IMG/VR virus record: IMGVR_UViG_3300044912_000492
Coordinates: 11,524-75,523 of that record
DNA: 64,000 nt
Source of the DNA: a virus
Reading direction: 5' to 3' (one strand)
In this document: one piece after another, positions 63,477 to 64,000 of the stretch
How the letters are laid out: every line of letters starts with the position of its first letter
Numbering within the stretch: the first letter of the stretch is position 1
Notes under the pieces: generated by a model
Told to the model about the DNA's origin: nothing
What the model saw: the letters and a program-made list of their open reading frames with translations, nothing else
Databases searched by the model: none
Made by a program: the position numbers and the translations under genes

Positions 63477-63698
63477 ATGGCAAGCTTAGAGCCTAGCGTG
63501 ATAGTAATCAAAATCAGGATCGGCTCTGCAAAGCTTGAGAAGCTACTTGAACTTATGCCAGATCATGAAAAAGATGGACAAAACACAACGCCTATTTATT
63601 GGGCTATAGACGAGACTATTCGCGCAACTCTAGCCAAATCACAGCAAGAGCCGCGCCCGAATCATGGCAGTAATCGAGATTATTTAAAGAGGGGTTGA
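63477..63698 (+). CDS. hypothetical protein (73 aa)
   Basis: ORF divergent from the tail operon. Confidence 0.35.
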   Translation: MASLEPSVIVIKIRIGSAKLEKLLELMPDHEKDGQNTTPIYWAIDETIRATLAKSQQEPRPNHGSNRDYLKRG

Positions 63699-63701
63699 GA
63701 G

Positions 63702-64000
63702 ATGCAAAAGCGTGTTCTTTCTGAGTTCCGAGAAGCATACAACCATAACCATGACATCAAATTCTTTATACCTGAAATTATTGGATGGGAATTTGATTAT
63801 GAGTTTCGGAATCAAAGCTATTATTCTGTAGATAAAATCATTGTCCCTAGGCAATGTGGTTTTAATGGTGATCGCCTAAAAATTACTAAGAATGTTCCCC
63901 ACGATGGGCAGTCAATGGCTTTGCTAAGACTGGGTGATGTAGTTGAGTTTTGCGATGTTAAAGATAACTTGGTAATAGTTTACAAAGATGGTGAGTTCTT
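63702..64000 (+). CDS. hypothetical protein, 3' end truncated by the window edge
   Basis: Frame open from ATG 63702 to the end of the window. Confidence 0.4.
   Translation, partial: MQKRVLSEFREAYNHNHDIKFFIPEIIGWEFDYEFRNQSYYSVDKIIVPRQCGFNGDRLKITKNVPHDGQSMALLRLGDVVEFCDVKDNLVIVYKDGEF

Noticed and set aside
1-64000. tRNA, rRNA, integrase, attachment sites, transposase with a catalytic domain, reverse transcriptase
   Set aside because: A scan by eye of intergenic regions and ORF translations found no T-loop/cloverleaf candidates, no tyrosine or serine recombinase motifs, and no DDE or RT motifs. Their absence cannot be proven without tools.

Overview
The window reads as a tailed (siphovirus-like) phage or prophage of a cyanobacterium. 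No clearly cellular housekeeping genes, rRNA, tRNA, integrase, transposase or spacer-containing CRISPR array were recognised. The host assignment rests on heavy enrichment of the cyanobacterial HIP1 octamer GCGATCGC, an STRR-like heptanucleotide repeat and an NblA-like gene.

Modules, from sequence motifs and gene order:
- 0.1-3.4 kb: XRE regulator plus a nucleotide-metabolism set (dCTP deaminase, P-loop kinase, ThyX-like).
- 3.4-9.4 kb: an array-less type IV-B-like Cas effector module. It has a Cas7/Csf2-like gene, a Cas5/Csf3-like gene, a CysH-like PP-loop enzyme, a Cys-rich Csf1-like gene and a possible Cas11. Small regulator genes and a glycosyltransferase-like gene interrupt it. This is my top candidate for the unusual system.
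- 9.4-14.3 kb: DNA-binding and T5orf172 proteins, a ParB-like protein, and a radical SAM enzyme flanked by two paralogous Gly-rich basic proteins.
- 14.4-23.9 kb: terminase small and large subunits, scaffold, portal, major capsid and fibre-like proteins.
- 24-41 kb (minus strand): early/replication region. It holds Dam-type methyltransferase, NblA-like gene, Phd/YefM-like orphan antitoxin and a DnaB-type helicase with a Zn-finger/primase-like N-terminus. It also holds a putative loader, an initiator gene containing 5 x 24-bp iterons, a RecD/Dda-like helicase, tandem GIY-YIG paralogs, many RHH/HTH proteins and a gp2.5-like SSB.
- 40.7-42.1 kb: switch-like regulatory region with palindromic operators and a probable ATT-initiated gene.
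- 42.1-46.9 kb: membrane-protein cluster with an FtsK/HerA-like ATPase, an M23+SLT murein hydrolase and a membrane-anchored SNase-like nuclease.
- 47.9-63.4 kb (minus strand): tail module with major tail protein, G/GT chaperones carrying a canonical GGGAAAG -1 slippery site, a 1410-aa tape measure and distal tail/fibre proteins. A 3.9-kb plus-strand accessory island (53.1-57.0 kb) splits it.

All functional calls come from motif recognition by eye and gene context. None was verified by database search.
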